DNA from: Blastocladiella emersonii ATCC 22665
Lineage: Eukaryota > Fungi > Blastocladiomycota
DNA length: 64,000 nucleotides
NCBI GenBank assembly: GCA_025594325.1
Contig: JANHCV010000003.1
Coordinates: 1,736,001-1,800,000, forward strand
Direction: 5' to 3'
The notes under the pieces are model-generated. The model had not been told where the DNA came from. It did no database searches and was given only the letters and a program-made list of their open reading frames with translations. Positions 34,522-45,302 of this stretch are shown one piece after another. Both the position numbers and the translations under genes were made by a program. Every line of letters begins with the position of its first letter. Positions within the stretch are counted from its first letter, which is position 1.

Positions 34522-35711
34522 ATGGGAAACGCACACTCGAGCAACAGCAGTCTCAAGGACGCGCGAGCCGCGGTCGCCGACGCGGGCGTCGCGTCCTCAA
34601 ACCAGGTCGCGCCCGACGCCGGCGCCAACAAGGGTCCGCTGCGCGGCCTCGGCGAGTCCCGCGCCGTCGCGCCGAACCCGTCGCTCGTACAACCTCAGCA
34701 ACCGCCGCCAAGGCAGCAGCAGTCGCGCCAGCCGCAGCCCCAGGCTCGATCGCAGCAGCGGCAGGCCCGCGGCCAGCCGCAGAACGACGATGTCGACGCC
34801 ATGGTCGACACGCTGCTGCAGGACATCCAGTCGCCGGCGATCGCGGCTCCGTCGCCGCGGAAACCTCCCGCCGCGTCACCATGGCCGGAGGGCCGGGATA
34901 GCGACCCGATCGTGCCGCGAGCTCCGCCGCCGTACTCGCCGTACCGAACGCCAGCCGCCGTTCCCGCGCCATCGCCCTCATCGAAGCCCGCCGTCCCGCC
35001 GCTGTCCTCTTCGCCGCAACCCGCCGCGTCGTACGTCGGCTCGGCCGACCCGCTGCTCACGCGGACCAACGGCGAGGTCCCGCAGCGCAAGCGGTCCGAC
35101 GCGAGCGGGGCCGCGCGGCCGCCGCTGCAGATGTCCGCCGTGTCGCCCCCACCGCCGCGGCCGCGGCCGATGCCCGAGGTGTCGACCACGGGCCAGGACG
35201 GCGTGACCGACATTTACCTCGACGACGGGACCCCGCTCCATCTCGTACGTCTTCCGCACCTGGCTGCACGAGCTTTGAGACTAACGACCGCCCTCGCCAC
35301 CGCATCTCGTAGCGCCAGGCCAAGCGTCAGTTCGACCGGGACAAGTTCAAGCGCGCGAACCGCGGTTCGACCGACGACGGGTCGATGCCGCTGTCGCCCG
35401 CGACCTCGACGAGCGTCGTGAGCGCGTCCAACGGCTCGATCGCGTCGCCGCACGCGGCGTTCGCGCTGGCCACGGAGGTCGGCGGCCAGCGCTCGAGCTC
35501 CGTCACCAACAGCACGTCGCGGCTCGGCGGACCCGGCGGTGGCGGCGCGCTCGGCCTGTCCCCGGGCCCGACGCCGGCCACGTTCGCGTCGCCCGTCATC
35601 CCGGCGAGTCGAGGGCCGCAAGCGCCGCTCGCGCAGCCGGTGGCCGCGGCGGTGACGGTGCTGAGCGCCCTAGATGAGGAACTCATGAACGAGATCCTGA
35701 TGGAAACGTGA
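34522..35711 (+). CDS. Putatively N-myristoylated proline-rich protein (2 exons)
   Basis: MGNAHS fits MGxxxS. Intron 35245-35312 joins in frame to ...RQAKRQFDRDKFKRAN...DEELMNEILMET. Confidence 0.7.
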
Positions 35712-35951
35712 TCGTAGCCCGCTCCGCAGTCCCGCGGAAGGAATAAATTAATTCGATGCGCGTGCTTTGGCCAGAGTTCCTCGAAGAGGGGCCGCGGTCT
35801 GCGCGGTTTGCGGTCTGCGGCTGAAACGGCGGGAGGGGCTGCCCTACGTGTGGCACTCGCCTGCGCTGGAGTCCCCGTCACAACAGCTGTGGCCTGCTGC
35901 TCTCCCTTTCTCTCTCCCCTTGACCGCGGCCATCACCTTGCAAAGTAGCGA

Positions 35952-37892
35952 ATGAAAACGACAATGACCGCGCTGACGCCGCTGGTCCACCTCGCGCTCC
36001 TCTCCGCGCTGGCGTCCGTGGCGCTGCTGCCGGGCTCGACCGAGGCCGGCCCGTGGCCCGCCGAGTTCGGCAAGTACGGGTACCGCTACTTTGCGGGGAC
36101 GTACATGTCGCGGCTCAAGCTGCTGACCATGTACGGTCCCGCGACGTCGGTGGCGGGCAAGGACGACCAGCAGCTCAACACGGTGTGGTCGGTCGACTTC
36201 TCCAAGCCCATCGACCTGGCCGCCAACCCGGAGCCAGACATCGTCACGATGCAGCCGCCGCTCGACGTCGGAATCGACTACACGACGCCGCTCATGGTGC
36301 AGTCGTCGGCCGACCAGTCGTACCGCGTGACCATCGCTGGCGGGTACGGCGCCGGCGGGTACAACCTCGCCATGTTCGAGTACGCCTTCCCGGCGTCGGC
36401 GGGCGGCGATCCGAGCAAGGTGCAGGCGACCAAGAGCAAGGGTGCCAAGGAGATGTCCCTGCCCTTCATCCCGGCGCAGGCGTCGATCCTGTCGGACCTC
36501 AACCCGGGCGACACGAGCCGGTCGGCGTACATGTACGGCGGGTTCAACGGCAACGCGACCGACATGGTCACGGTCATGTCGCAGGGCGGCGACAAGACGA
36601 CCATCACGACGTACCCGGGCGCGTACCCGCCGCAGCAGATCTTCGGCAACTTCGTCCACGTCAACGAGACCCACATGCTGCTGAGTGGCGGCACCAACTT
36701 CAAGGACGAGGAGTTCACGCACCTGTGGCTGTACGACACGGCGGGGAACAAGTGGACCAAGCTCGCCGGCGCGCTGCGCCAGGGCCGCCACAAGCACGCC
36801 ACGGTCATGTACCACGGCGTCAAGAAGGGCAAGCACGCCATCAACATCGGCGGCGGGTCCGCGCCGCTCGTCGAGGTCGTCGATATCGAGACGGGCGCCG
36901 TGACCACGGGCACCATCTCGAACCCCGACAACGGGCCGCTCGCGTTCGACGAGGCCGGCGCCCTCGTTCTCGGCGACACCATCGTCGTGCTCGGCGGGAT
37001 CAAGTTCACGCCCACCACCTGGAACCGCAAGGTGCTCAACTTCCTCAACATCGAAAAGGCCAAGGACGGCGCCCTGTCGTTCAAGTGGGCCGACAAGTTC
37101 GACCCCGCCGCGGCCGCGGCTGCCACGTCGTCGCGCGCTGACGTCAACGGGAACTCGAATGGCGGCAGCTCGAGCAACGGCGGCAGCGGGGGTTCCGGCG
37201 GTTCCGGCGGTTCGGGCGGGAACGGCGGCTCGTCGTCGTCTTCCGACAGCCAGGGCTCCTCGAGCTTCCCCGCGGCCGCGGTCGGCGGCGCCGTGGCCGG
37301 CGTGGTCGTGCTCGGCGCCATCGGGTTCTTCCTGTACCGCAAGGGCCAGCAGTCGGCGCAGAACAAGGCCGCGAGTAGCACCATGGCCAAGGTGACCGGC
37401 GGCGCTAGTGGAGCCGGCGGTCAGCACCAGCGTCTCCCGACCACGGCCGACCCGCTCGACCGTGTCGCGCCGTCCGCGCCCGCGCCGACGCATGCGCAGG
37501 CCGATATCGTCGTCGACATCCCGGCGTCGACGGCGGCCATGTTCATGAGCTCGTTCGGCGCCGCGGCCAAGAAGGAGGACAAGCCGTCGGCCGTCGCGTC
37601 GCCGCTGGGCGTCACCACGGGCGGGTTCAGCAGCTCGGTTCCCGGCACGCCGACTCCGGGGACGCCGATCGCCGAGCCTGCGCAGCCCAAGCACGTCATG
37701 GGCGGCGCCGCTGCTGGCGCGCGCGGCCATAGCGACGACGACCTGATCCTCCCGACGTCGGCCATGGCTGAGGAGGAACTGATCCTGCCCACGGGCCCGG
37801 TCCCGCCGGCGCCCGCGGCGATCCGCCACCAGTCGGTGCCCGGCGTCACCATGGTGTTCGACGACGCGCCGCAGGGCCGCCGCGTCAACTGA
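35952..37892 (+). CDS. Single-pass type I membrane protein with Kelch-like beta-propeller ectodomain (paralog A, intronless)
   Basis: Signal peptide. Kelch-type motifs YMYGGFNG, MLLSGG..., LWLYDTAGNKWTKL and IVVLGG. Gly/Ser linker, then TM AVGGAVAGVVVLGAIGFFLY followed by RK. Confidence 0.85.
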   Translation: MKTTMTALTPLVHLALLSALASVALLPGSTEAGPWPAEFGKYGYRYFAGTYMSRLKLLTMYGPATSVAGKDDQQLNTVWSVDFSKPIDLAANPEPDIVTMQPPLDVGIDYTTPLMVQSSADQSYRVTIAGGYGAGGYNLAMFEYAFPASAGGDPSKVQATKSKGAKEMSLPFIPAQASILSDLNPGDTSRSAYMYGGFNGNATDMVTVMSQGGDKTTITTYPGAYPPQQIFGNFVHVNETHMLLSGGTNFKDEEFTHLWLYDTAGNKWTKLAGALRQGRHKHATVMYHGVKKGKHAINIGGGSAPLVEVVDIETGAVTTGTISNPDNGPLAFDEAGALVLGDTIVVLGGIKFTPTTWNRKVLNFLNIEKAKDGALSFKWADKFDPAAAAAATSSRADVNGNSNGGSSSNGGSGGSGGSGGSGGNGGSSSSSDSQGSSSFPAAAVGGAVAGVVVLGAIGFFLYRKGQQSAQNKAASSTMAKVTGGASGAGGQHQRLPTTADPLDRVAPSAPAPTHAQADIVVDIPASTAAMFMSSFGAAAKKEDKPSAVASPLGVTTGGFSSSVPGTPTPGTPIAEPAQPKHVMGGAAAGARGHSDDDLILPTSAMAEEELILPTGPVPPAPAAIRHQSVPGVTMVFDDAPQGRRVN

Positions 37893-38277
37893 GTGAGCGT
37901 GGGGGTCTTGTATTGAATAGATATCCGGGTTCCAGTTTTGCACAACCGGATGGTGGGATTGGGAGGCGAGGAGCCTGATGAGGAGGGACGCTGTGGGCGG
38001 GCGACCATATTCGCTGATGGTCGACGTGATGCCAGCCGATCAGGGGAACTCGACGCGCGCGCGACTCGTTTCGGACTCTGACCTACGGCAACTGCACAGC
38101 CTGGTGGCGCAGTGGCGCGGATGCGACCATCCCGTGGCGCACGAAACTCCGGAGGAGGCGCCCCCTCAGCACAGAGCGAAAGCCCGTGGGCCGCGACTTC
38201 GGTCCCCGCTCCCGAGCTCCAAGGCATCTCAAGCGAGCTCGAGCTCCCCCTCCCCTTACTACTTACATGAAGCAAAC

Positions 38278-40334
38278 ATGACGATCAACACGCTACTCCA
38301 CCTTGCGCTGCTCTCGGCGCTAGCGTCCGTCGCGCTGCTGCCCGCGGCGACCGAAGCCGGCCCGTGGCCTGCGGGCTTCAACACGAACGGCTACCGGTGG
38401 TTTGTCGGGACGTACATGTCGCGGCTCAAGACGCTGACCATGTACGGCCCCGGCCTGCACGTGTCGGGGTCGGCGGACCAGCAGCTGAACACGGTGTGGT
38501 CGCTGGACCTATCGAAGCCCATCGATCTCGCCGCTTCTGGCCCCGAGCCCCCCATCGTGACGATGCAGGCGCCCATCGCCAACGGCGGCGTCGACTACCT
38601 GACGCCGCTCATGGTGCAGTCGTCGGCCGACCAGTCGTACCGTGTCCTGATGGGCGGCGGGTACGGGCCGCAGGGGTATAACTTTGAGCTGTTCGACTTT
38701 GCGTTTCCGGCGACGGCCGCCGACCCGGGCTCGGTCCGCGCGGTCCAGACCAAGGGCAGCAAGAACCTCACGCTGCCGTTCATCCCCGCGCAGGCGTCGG
38801 TGCTGTCGGACCTGAACCCCGGCGATTTGAGTCGGGTTGCGACCGTGTTCACGGCCGCGAATTTTGTCACTCCGACGATTACGACTCTGGACCTGGTACT
38901 TGTCTTCGCGCTCCCTCGACCGTGAGCGTGCGCGCTAACCATCACGCGAACCACGAGTAGACGGGCAGCGCGACGACGACGAACACTTTCAACTCGGCCA
39001 GTGTCTCGCCGGCCGTGTCGTACGGTTCCTTCATCCACATCGACGAGTCGCGGATGCTGCTGAGCGGCGGCAGCTTCAACGGGACGACGTACTCGCACCT
39101 GTGGGTGTACGACACGGTCGGCAACAAGTGGAGCAAGCTGGCGGGCTCGCTGCGGCAGGCGCGCGACTCGCACGCGGCCGTCATGTACCACGGCGTTAAG
39201 AAGGGCAAGCACGCGATCCACATTGGCGGCGGGTCGGCGCCGCTCATCGAGGTCGCTGACCTCGAGACGGGCACCGTCGCGACGGGCGTGATCTCGAACC
39301 CGGACAATGGACCGCTCGGGTTCGACGACGCCGAGGCGCTCGTCCTCGGCGACACGGTGCTGGTGCTCGGCGGCGTCAACTTTGTCCCCGCGACGTGGAA
39401 CCGCAAGGTGCTCAACTTCCTCAAGATCGAGCCGCAGAACGACGGGTCGCTCGCGTTCAAGTGGGTCGACAAGTTCGACCCGGCGTCGTCCTCGGCCAAC
39501 ACGGCGCGGCCCGACGCGAACGGCGGCGCGGGCGGCAACGGCGGCGGGTCGGGCTCGAGCGGCGACGCGGGCGCGTCCAAGGTGCCCATCGGCGCGATCG
39601 GCGGTGGCGTGGCCGCGGTCGCGGTGCTCGCGGCGGCCGGGTTCGTCTTCTACCGGCGGCGCCAGCAGCAGCAGCGCAAGGCGGAGCAGGGCAAGCTGTA
39701 CGGCAACGGCGGCGACGCTGGGTTCAACGGGCAGCACCAGCAGCTCCCGACGACCACCCCGACGGCCGTCGACGTGCACGACACGATCACGCTGCCGCCG
39801 GCGACGCACGAGCGGGCGCCGTCGACGCTCGTGTACTCGACGCCCGCGTCGCAGTACCAGCAGACCGAGGTGGCAATCCCGATGGCCGCGACCGCGTACA
39901 GCAACGTCTCCGCGACGACGTCCTCGTCGTACACGCACGGGTCGTACGTGGCGGCGTCGTACAACAACCCGTCGCTCATGGACCCGCTCGCGGCCAAGAA
40001 GACGAAAATGGACCCGGCGATGCCCGGGCTCCCGTCGCTCGACACCATGATGGCCAGCAACAACCACCAGTACCCGGCGGCGGCCGCGAGCAGCAGCAGC
40101 GCGTCGGTGCCGGGCACGCCGATTCCGAACACGCCGATCGCGGGGCCCGCGCAGCCGCAGCACTGGGGCGCGTCCATGGCGGGAAGTATTCGGGGAGGCG
40201 ACGGCGAGGACGACGGCGAGGACCTGATCCTGCCCGGGGCGCCGGTGCCTGTGCCGCCGACCGTGTACCAGCAGATGCAGAGCACGACGGGGGTGCGCGT
40301 CGTGTACGAGTCGGGGCACCGCGTCAACAACTAG
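38278..40334 (+). CDS. Kelch-like single-pass membrane protein (paralog B, one intron)
   Basis: Near-identical N-terminus (LLHLALLSALASVALLP..TEAGPWP) and shared MYHGVKKGKHAI and WNRKVLNFL. Phase-0 intron 38896-38960 (GTACTT...GCTAAC...TAG). TM IGAIGGGVAAVAVLAAAGFVFY followed by RRR. Confidence 0.85.
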
Positions 40335-40486
40335 CGCGCGCGGCGCGAGCGATACCCCCGGATGGACGAAGCGCGCGCGCGTGAAATACATGACTTCTCT
40401 GGCTTGCAAAGACTCGATTGGTGGTGCTTCGACGCAGAAGCGGAGAGGAAGGCCAGCGCAGAGCGTCGCAGCCTCGCTGCAAGGGG

Positions 40487-40659
40487 CACGTGACCGCGCG
40501 TCTTGACGTGGCAGAGCGTTGGTGGCTCGGCTCTCCCCCCGCTGGCGCTGCTGCTGATGCGTGACGGAGATCCGCGGGCACGGCGGCGGCGGCGGCCGGG
40601 GGAATATGCCGTGCTATCATTTGGCCCGCGGCCTCTGCGCACCAGGCGCGGCCACGTCA
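40487..40659. promoter_or_regulatory. bZIP-type boxes (CACGTG and two TGACGTGG) upstream of the bZIP gene
   Basis: CACGTG 40487-92; TGACGTGG 40504-11; CCACGTCA (reverse TGACGTGG) 40652-59. Confidence 0.45.
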
Positions 40660-41021
40660 AAACCCCGGCGAGCCCCTCGCGCTCTCAGCTGAAGCTCTCG
40701 ATTCCTGCCTCGCTCGACGATCGCTTCTCCAGTGCACAGCCTCTCTACGCTGCCCTCAGTTCCTCGTGTGCGTTCATCGCTTTTGCTGCATCGCGTCAGG
40801 AGCCCGCGCGATGTGAGAGAGCGACCACCGTCGGCGCTCGCCGTTGCCGTGGCCATGTCACCGTTGGCCGCGGCCGACCCGACCCGCGCCTTGGCTCCAC
40901 TTCCACGCGCTTCCCTCCGCGCCGACCATCATCATCGTCATCGTGACTGACCAGTGCCGGATGCGTCGCGAAGGCCGTAGAAGCGCCGCACGTGACAGCC
41001 CCATTGCGCGCCCCCACCGCC

Positions 41022-43823
41022 ATGTCCTCGTCTTGGTCAGCGCAAGCGGCCGCTCCCCGCCGACGCTCCGACCACAACCACGAATCAACCTCTGCGGCGC
41101 CGCAACTTGCCGCAACGCCGCCCGCCTACCCGACCGCCGACGTCGCGCACCTGCTGCACCGCCTGCGGCATCCGGCCTCGCTCGACTCCCTCCCGTGGAC
41201 GTGGGCCTTCAACGACGTCTGCCCAACCACGACCGCTGCCGCCATGGTCGCGCCACCACTCGCTGCGGCCAACCCGTCCGCTGCCGACGGTACCGGCGGC
41301 ACCCTCGCGCCCGACCAGCAGCTCGCCCAGCTCTTCTCGGACCCGAGCTTCCGCTCGTTCGCCGCCGACATGTACAACGCCGTCGCGGGCGCCGATGGTA
41401 ACGCTCCGTCGTGCAGTGACCTGCTCGCGCCACCGTCGCCCGCCGACTCGGCCATCCACGCGCCCTCGGCGCCCGTCGCGTCCGCTGCCGACGACGCCCT
41501 CTTCTTCGAGTTCCTCAACGGCGACGTGTTCCAGTCCTCGGCCAACGCTGCGGCTGCCGCGGCGGCTGCACCGTCGTCTGTCGACGCCGAGCTCGACGCG
41601 CTCCTGTCCTCGCCGCCGTTTGGTGCGCTCGACGACGGCGCGTCCCCCGAGTTCGCCATGGACCTCGACGCCGTCCCTGCTCCGCAGTCCAAGTCCTCGG
41701 CAACTACTTTTGCCGGCGCGCCGCCATCGCCCGCCGCCTCGCACACGAGCGGGTCCGGCACGCCGACACGGTCGCCGCCCGCCGGTCTCGCTCCCACGGG
41801 CGCGCCTGCGACCCCCGCGAGCGACGACGACGCCGACATGCACCTGCTCGGCCCGAGCCCGTCGCCCGCCGTCGGCCGCCAGCAGCAGCAGGCGCAGCGG
41901 AGCGCCACCGTGCAGCGCCCGCCGGTATTCTCGCTCGGCACCAACCCGCAGTCTCAACCGCAGGCGTCACTGCCGCTCATCTCCGTCACCTCGCCCCTCG
42001 CGACCACGGCCGCCTCCCTCCCGCTGCTCGCACCCGGCTCGTCCCTCGCCATGAACAACCCGTACCCGTCGGCGGCAGCGGCCCTCGCTGTCAACCCGTT
42101 CGCCGCGACCACTGCCGGGTACCCGTTCCCCGCCATGAACCCGTACCTCGCTGCTGCCGCCGCCGCCCAGCAGCAACAGCAGCAGCAGGCCGCCGCGGCA
42201 GCGCCGTTCGGCGCGGCCGGCCTCGCCGCACCCACCACGCCCAACCCGTACCTGCACGGCCTCGTCCCGCCCTACTTTTCCGCGTCCACCAACCCGGCAG
42301 CCGCGGCTGCTGCAGCGGCAGCGGCAGCGGCGGGGATGGGTATGCCCGCGTCCATGTACAGCCTCATGGGCCTCCCGAGCCCGACCGCCGAGTTCGACGC
42401 CGCGCGCTGGCCCGCCGCGGCGACAGCGGCGCGGACCACGCCTGTCCCGATCATGGCGGCGCCGAGCGTACTACCGTCGCCACCTTCTACGGTGACCGCG
42501 TCCTCGGTCTCGCCCGCCCGCGGCGACGACGCGCAGTCGACCAAGTCGGCGTCGTCGAGCACTCGCCGCCGCCCCGCCGCGTCAACCCGTGCGCGCGTCC
42601 CGTCGGTCCTCCCCGAGCAGTCCAGCAGTCCAGCGACCCGCGCGACCGCCTCGTCTTCCTCCGACACCGCGGTCCCCGAGGTCGAGCTCGACAAGGTGGA
42701 CCAGGACAACCTGACGCCGATCGCGCGCGAGACCATCAACCTGCTGACGAGCCGCCCGAAGCGCCGCCGCCGCAACTCGCCCGGCGACGCGGGGCCCGAC
42801 GCCAACGCGACCATCTCGATCCACGCGCCGCCGCCGACGCTCCTGCCGCCGCAGTCGGCGGCCCCGTCCGCGGGACCGCCGCCGCGGACCATCCTGCCCA
42901 ACCCGAACACGGCCGCGGACCACGCGGCGCGGCGCGCGGGGAGTAGCGGCGGGTCCGACGACGACAGCAGTGCGATGGCCGTCGACGCCACCCCCGCCCC
43001 CGCCGCGGGCGAGATGGTGACGGAAGAGTCTCTCCTCGCGGCGGCGTCGGCGGCGGGCCTCCCCGCGCACCTCGACGACAAGAAAAAGCTGCGCATGATG
43101 AAGAACCGGCTCGCGGCGTCCGAGTCGCGGAAACGCGCGCGCGCGCACGTCGACACGCTCGAGGCCACGGCCGCTGCGCTCGTCGACGAGAACGCCAAGC
43201 TCGTGGCCGCCCTGCGCGACGCCAAGGCCGAGATCGATGATCTCCGCGACCAGGTTCGCGGGCTCACTGAGACCGTCGAGCTGCTCCAGGCCGGCGGCGG
43301 CGGTGGCGGTGGGTCGGGTAGCCGCGGGAGTGTCCTGGGTGGACCCACCTCCGTCAAGTCGTTCGGCGCCCTGTTCGCCCTGTGCGTCGTCGGCGTCGCG
43401 TGGCTCCTCCCCGGGTTCTCGGTCGCGCCCATCGGCGGATCGTCCATGATCGCCGGCGGGCCGGGTAACGCGCTTGCCACCGCGCGGTTCTCGGCCAGCG
43501 GGTCCGCCGCGCTCGTCGGCCGACTCGCCCGCAAGTCCCTCCCCGCCGGGTGGTCCGCGGGGACCGCCGGCGGCTGGCTCGCGGTCCGCACCAACCCGCG
43601 GGAAGAGGGGGACCGCGAGCTCTTCGACACGGCGTACGACGAGGACGAGGACGACGACGATGTCCTGTTGCTCACCAACGACGTCGTCGAGTGCCCCGTC
43701 CCCCGCGCGTGTGCGCCGCCCGTCGCCGCGCTCCCGCCCGCGCCCAGCGAGCAGCCCGCCGTGGTTGTCGAGGCGGTCCGCGCGGCCACCGAGGACGGAG
43801 TCCCGCCGTTTGTCGCGATCTGA
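41022..43823 (+). CDS. Membrane-anchored bZIP transcription factor (ATF6/CREB3/bZIP28-like topology)
   Basis: Basic region KKKLRMMKNRLAASESRKRARAH with a leucine zipper. A single TM helix SFGALFALCVVGVAWLLPGF follows, then a tail of about 140 aa. Acidic and Ala/Gln-rich N-terminal activation-like region. Confidence 0.85.
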   Translation: MSSSWSAQAAAPRRRSDHNHESTSAAPQLAATPPAYPTADVAHLLHRLRHPASLDSLPWTWAFNDVCPTTTAAAMVAPPLAAANPSAADGTGGTLAPDQQLAQLFSDPSFRSFAADMYNAVAGADGNAPSCSDLLAPPSPADSAIHAPSAPVASAADDALFFEFLNGDVFQSSANAAAAAAAAPSSVDAELDALLSSPPFGALDDGASPEFAMDLDAVPAPQSKSSATTFAGAPPSPAASHTSGSGTPTRSPPAGLAPTGAPATPASDDDADMHLLGPSPSPAVGRQQQQAQRSATVQRPPVFSLGTNPQSQPQASLPLISVTSPLATTAASLPLLAPGSSLAMNNPYPSAAAALAVNPFAATTAGYPFPAMNPYLAAAAAAQQQQQQQAAAAAPFGAAGLAAPTTPNPYLHGLVPPYFSASTNPAAAAAAAAAAAAGMGMPASMYSLMGLPSPTAEFDAARWPAAATAARTTPVPIMAAPSVLPSPPSTVTASSVSPARGDDAQSTKSASSSTRRRPAASTRARVPSVLPEQSSSPATRATASSSSDTAVPEVELDKVDQDNLTPIARETINLLTSRPKRRRRNSPGDAGPDANATISIHAPPPTLLPPQSAAPSAGPPPRTILPNPNTAADHAARRAGSSGGSDDDSSAMAVDATPAPAAGEMVTEESLLAAASAAGLPAHLDDKKKLRMMKNRLAASESRKRARAHVDTLEATAAALVDENAKLVAALRDAKAEIDDLRDQVRGLTETVELLQAGGGGGGGSGSRGSVLGGPTSVKSFGALFALCVVGVAWLLPGFSVAPIGGSSMIAGGPGNALATARFSASGSAALVGRLARKSLPAGWSAGTAGGWLAVRTNPREEGDRELFDTAYDEDEDDDDVLLLTNDVVECPVPRACAPPVAALPPAPSEQPAVVVEAVRAATEDGVPPFVAI

Positions 43824-44056
43824 AAGAGTTGGGGTTGGGAGGGAGAGAACAGTAGTCTTGTACAGCATTCTTTATATTCGCATTCTTATCTCCGCGCATG
43901 GTCTTCTTGCTGGTCCTCGGCGTGAGTGAGGAGGGCAGCGGGCTCGGTCGACGCCGTGGTCGGATCCCGGGTCGGATCACCTCGCTCGACCGACCACGGC
44001 CGCTTCTCTTTCTCTCTCCCCTTACACAACCCACACCTACTTGCAACGTAACTCTC

Positions 44057-45276
44057 ATGGAAGCCAACCTCGACTCAGTCCGCGCCCGCGCCGCGCGCCT
44101 GCTTGCCAAGTTCTCCCCCTCCACGACCCCATCCCCCTCGTCGTTGCCGACCGTCCGCCACCTGTTCCGCCTGCTCCCGCTCACCTTCCCGCCGCCGTCG
44201 CTCTTCCTCTCCCCTCCCTCCTCCCCCGAAACCGTCCGCGTCGTCGCCGTCACCGAGCTCGGCCTGCACCCGCGCGGCACGCTGACGGCGCCGACCCCGC
44301 TCGCGGTCCGCGTGCTCGTCGGGCGGCTCGAGGGAAGCACGCTGCACGGCGCGCGCGAGGTCGCTATTGGGGTTGTGGAGGGGAGCGGAAAGCTGTCGCC
44401 GGTCAACGGCAAGGGCGAGGTGAGCGTCACGCTCACCGGGCGGGTGGAAGGTGAAGTGGGCGAGGCCGCGTTCCTCGAGATCAGCGTCGCGCACGGTGCT
44501 ACTGGAGAGGAGGTCAGGAAGCAGTTTGGCGGGCTCGGGTGTATGCCCGTCGTCCTCGGCCCGTTCCCGCTCGCGGGCGAGTGTAACGAGGACGAGGTCG
44601 TCGACATGTACCGCGTGTTCGAGGTGCCGCCGCCGTCGGACGTTGAGGGCGGGGAGGCGACCGTGTGTCTGATCCGCGAGGATTGGGGGCTCGGGATCCC
44701 GGGTACGTCTACTTTGTGGGGAGCATGACGCAGCGGCTGACGTGCCGCTACGATGTAGGCAAAGTGTGGGACTCGGCCGTCGTCCTCTCGCACGCGCTCA
44801 TTTCGTCGACGTCGCTTCCGTTCCTCGCCCCGCCGCCCGCGACCGTGCTCGACCTCTCGAGCGGGACCGGCCACCTTGCCGCGCTGCTCCGCCACCGCCT
44901 CCCCTCCCCCACCACGCGCGTCGTGTGCACGGACCTCCCCGAAGCCCTGCCGCTCCTCCGCGCGAACCTGGCCTCGCTACCCAACGTGCACTGCGCAGCG
45001 CTGCCGTGGGGCGAGACGACGCCCGCCGACGTGCTCGTGTGCTCGGACGTGCTATACGAGCGCGAGTTCTTTGCCCCGCTCGCCAAGACGATCGCCGGGT
45101 GTGGGCCGCGCGCGGTGCTCGCGTACAAGCCGCGCGGGTTGAGCGAGGACGAGGAGGATGTGTTCTTTGAGCGGATGTTGATGGGCGAGCACGGGGTGCG
45201 GGTGGAACGGGTGCTCGAGGTCGGCGTTGAGTATGGTGTGCTGGTTATGGTGCTGGCGAAAAAGAAGATGGTCTAG
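44057..45276 (+). CDS. METTL21-family (Methyltransf_16-like) protein lysine methyltransferase with extra N-terminal domain
   Basis: An intron at about 44703-44758 gives GIPGKVWDSAVVLSHAL. Motif I VLDLSSGTG, VVCTDLPEALPLLRANL, LPWG and SDVLY. Confidence 0.85.
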
Positions 45277-45302
45277 AATGTATCTTATGTGTGTGCTAGC
45301 AG

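Noticed and set aside
43280-43400. IRE1-type unconventional intron (HAC1/bZIP60-like) between the bZIP and the TM helix
   Set aside because: No pair of stem-loops with CNG/CNG loops could be identified, and CNGNNG matches are trivial in this GC-rich stretch.
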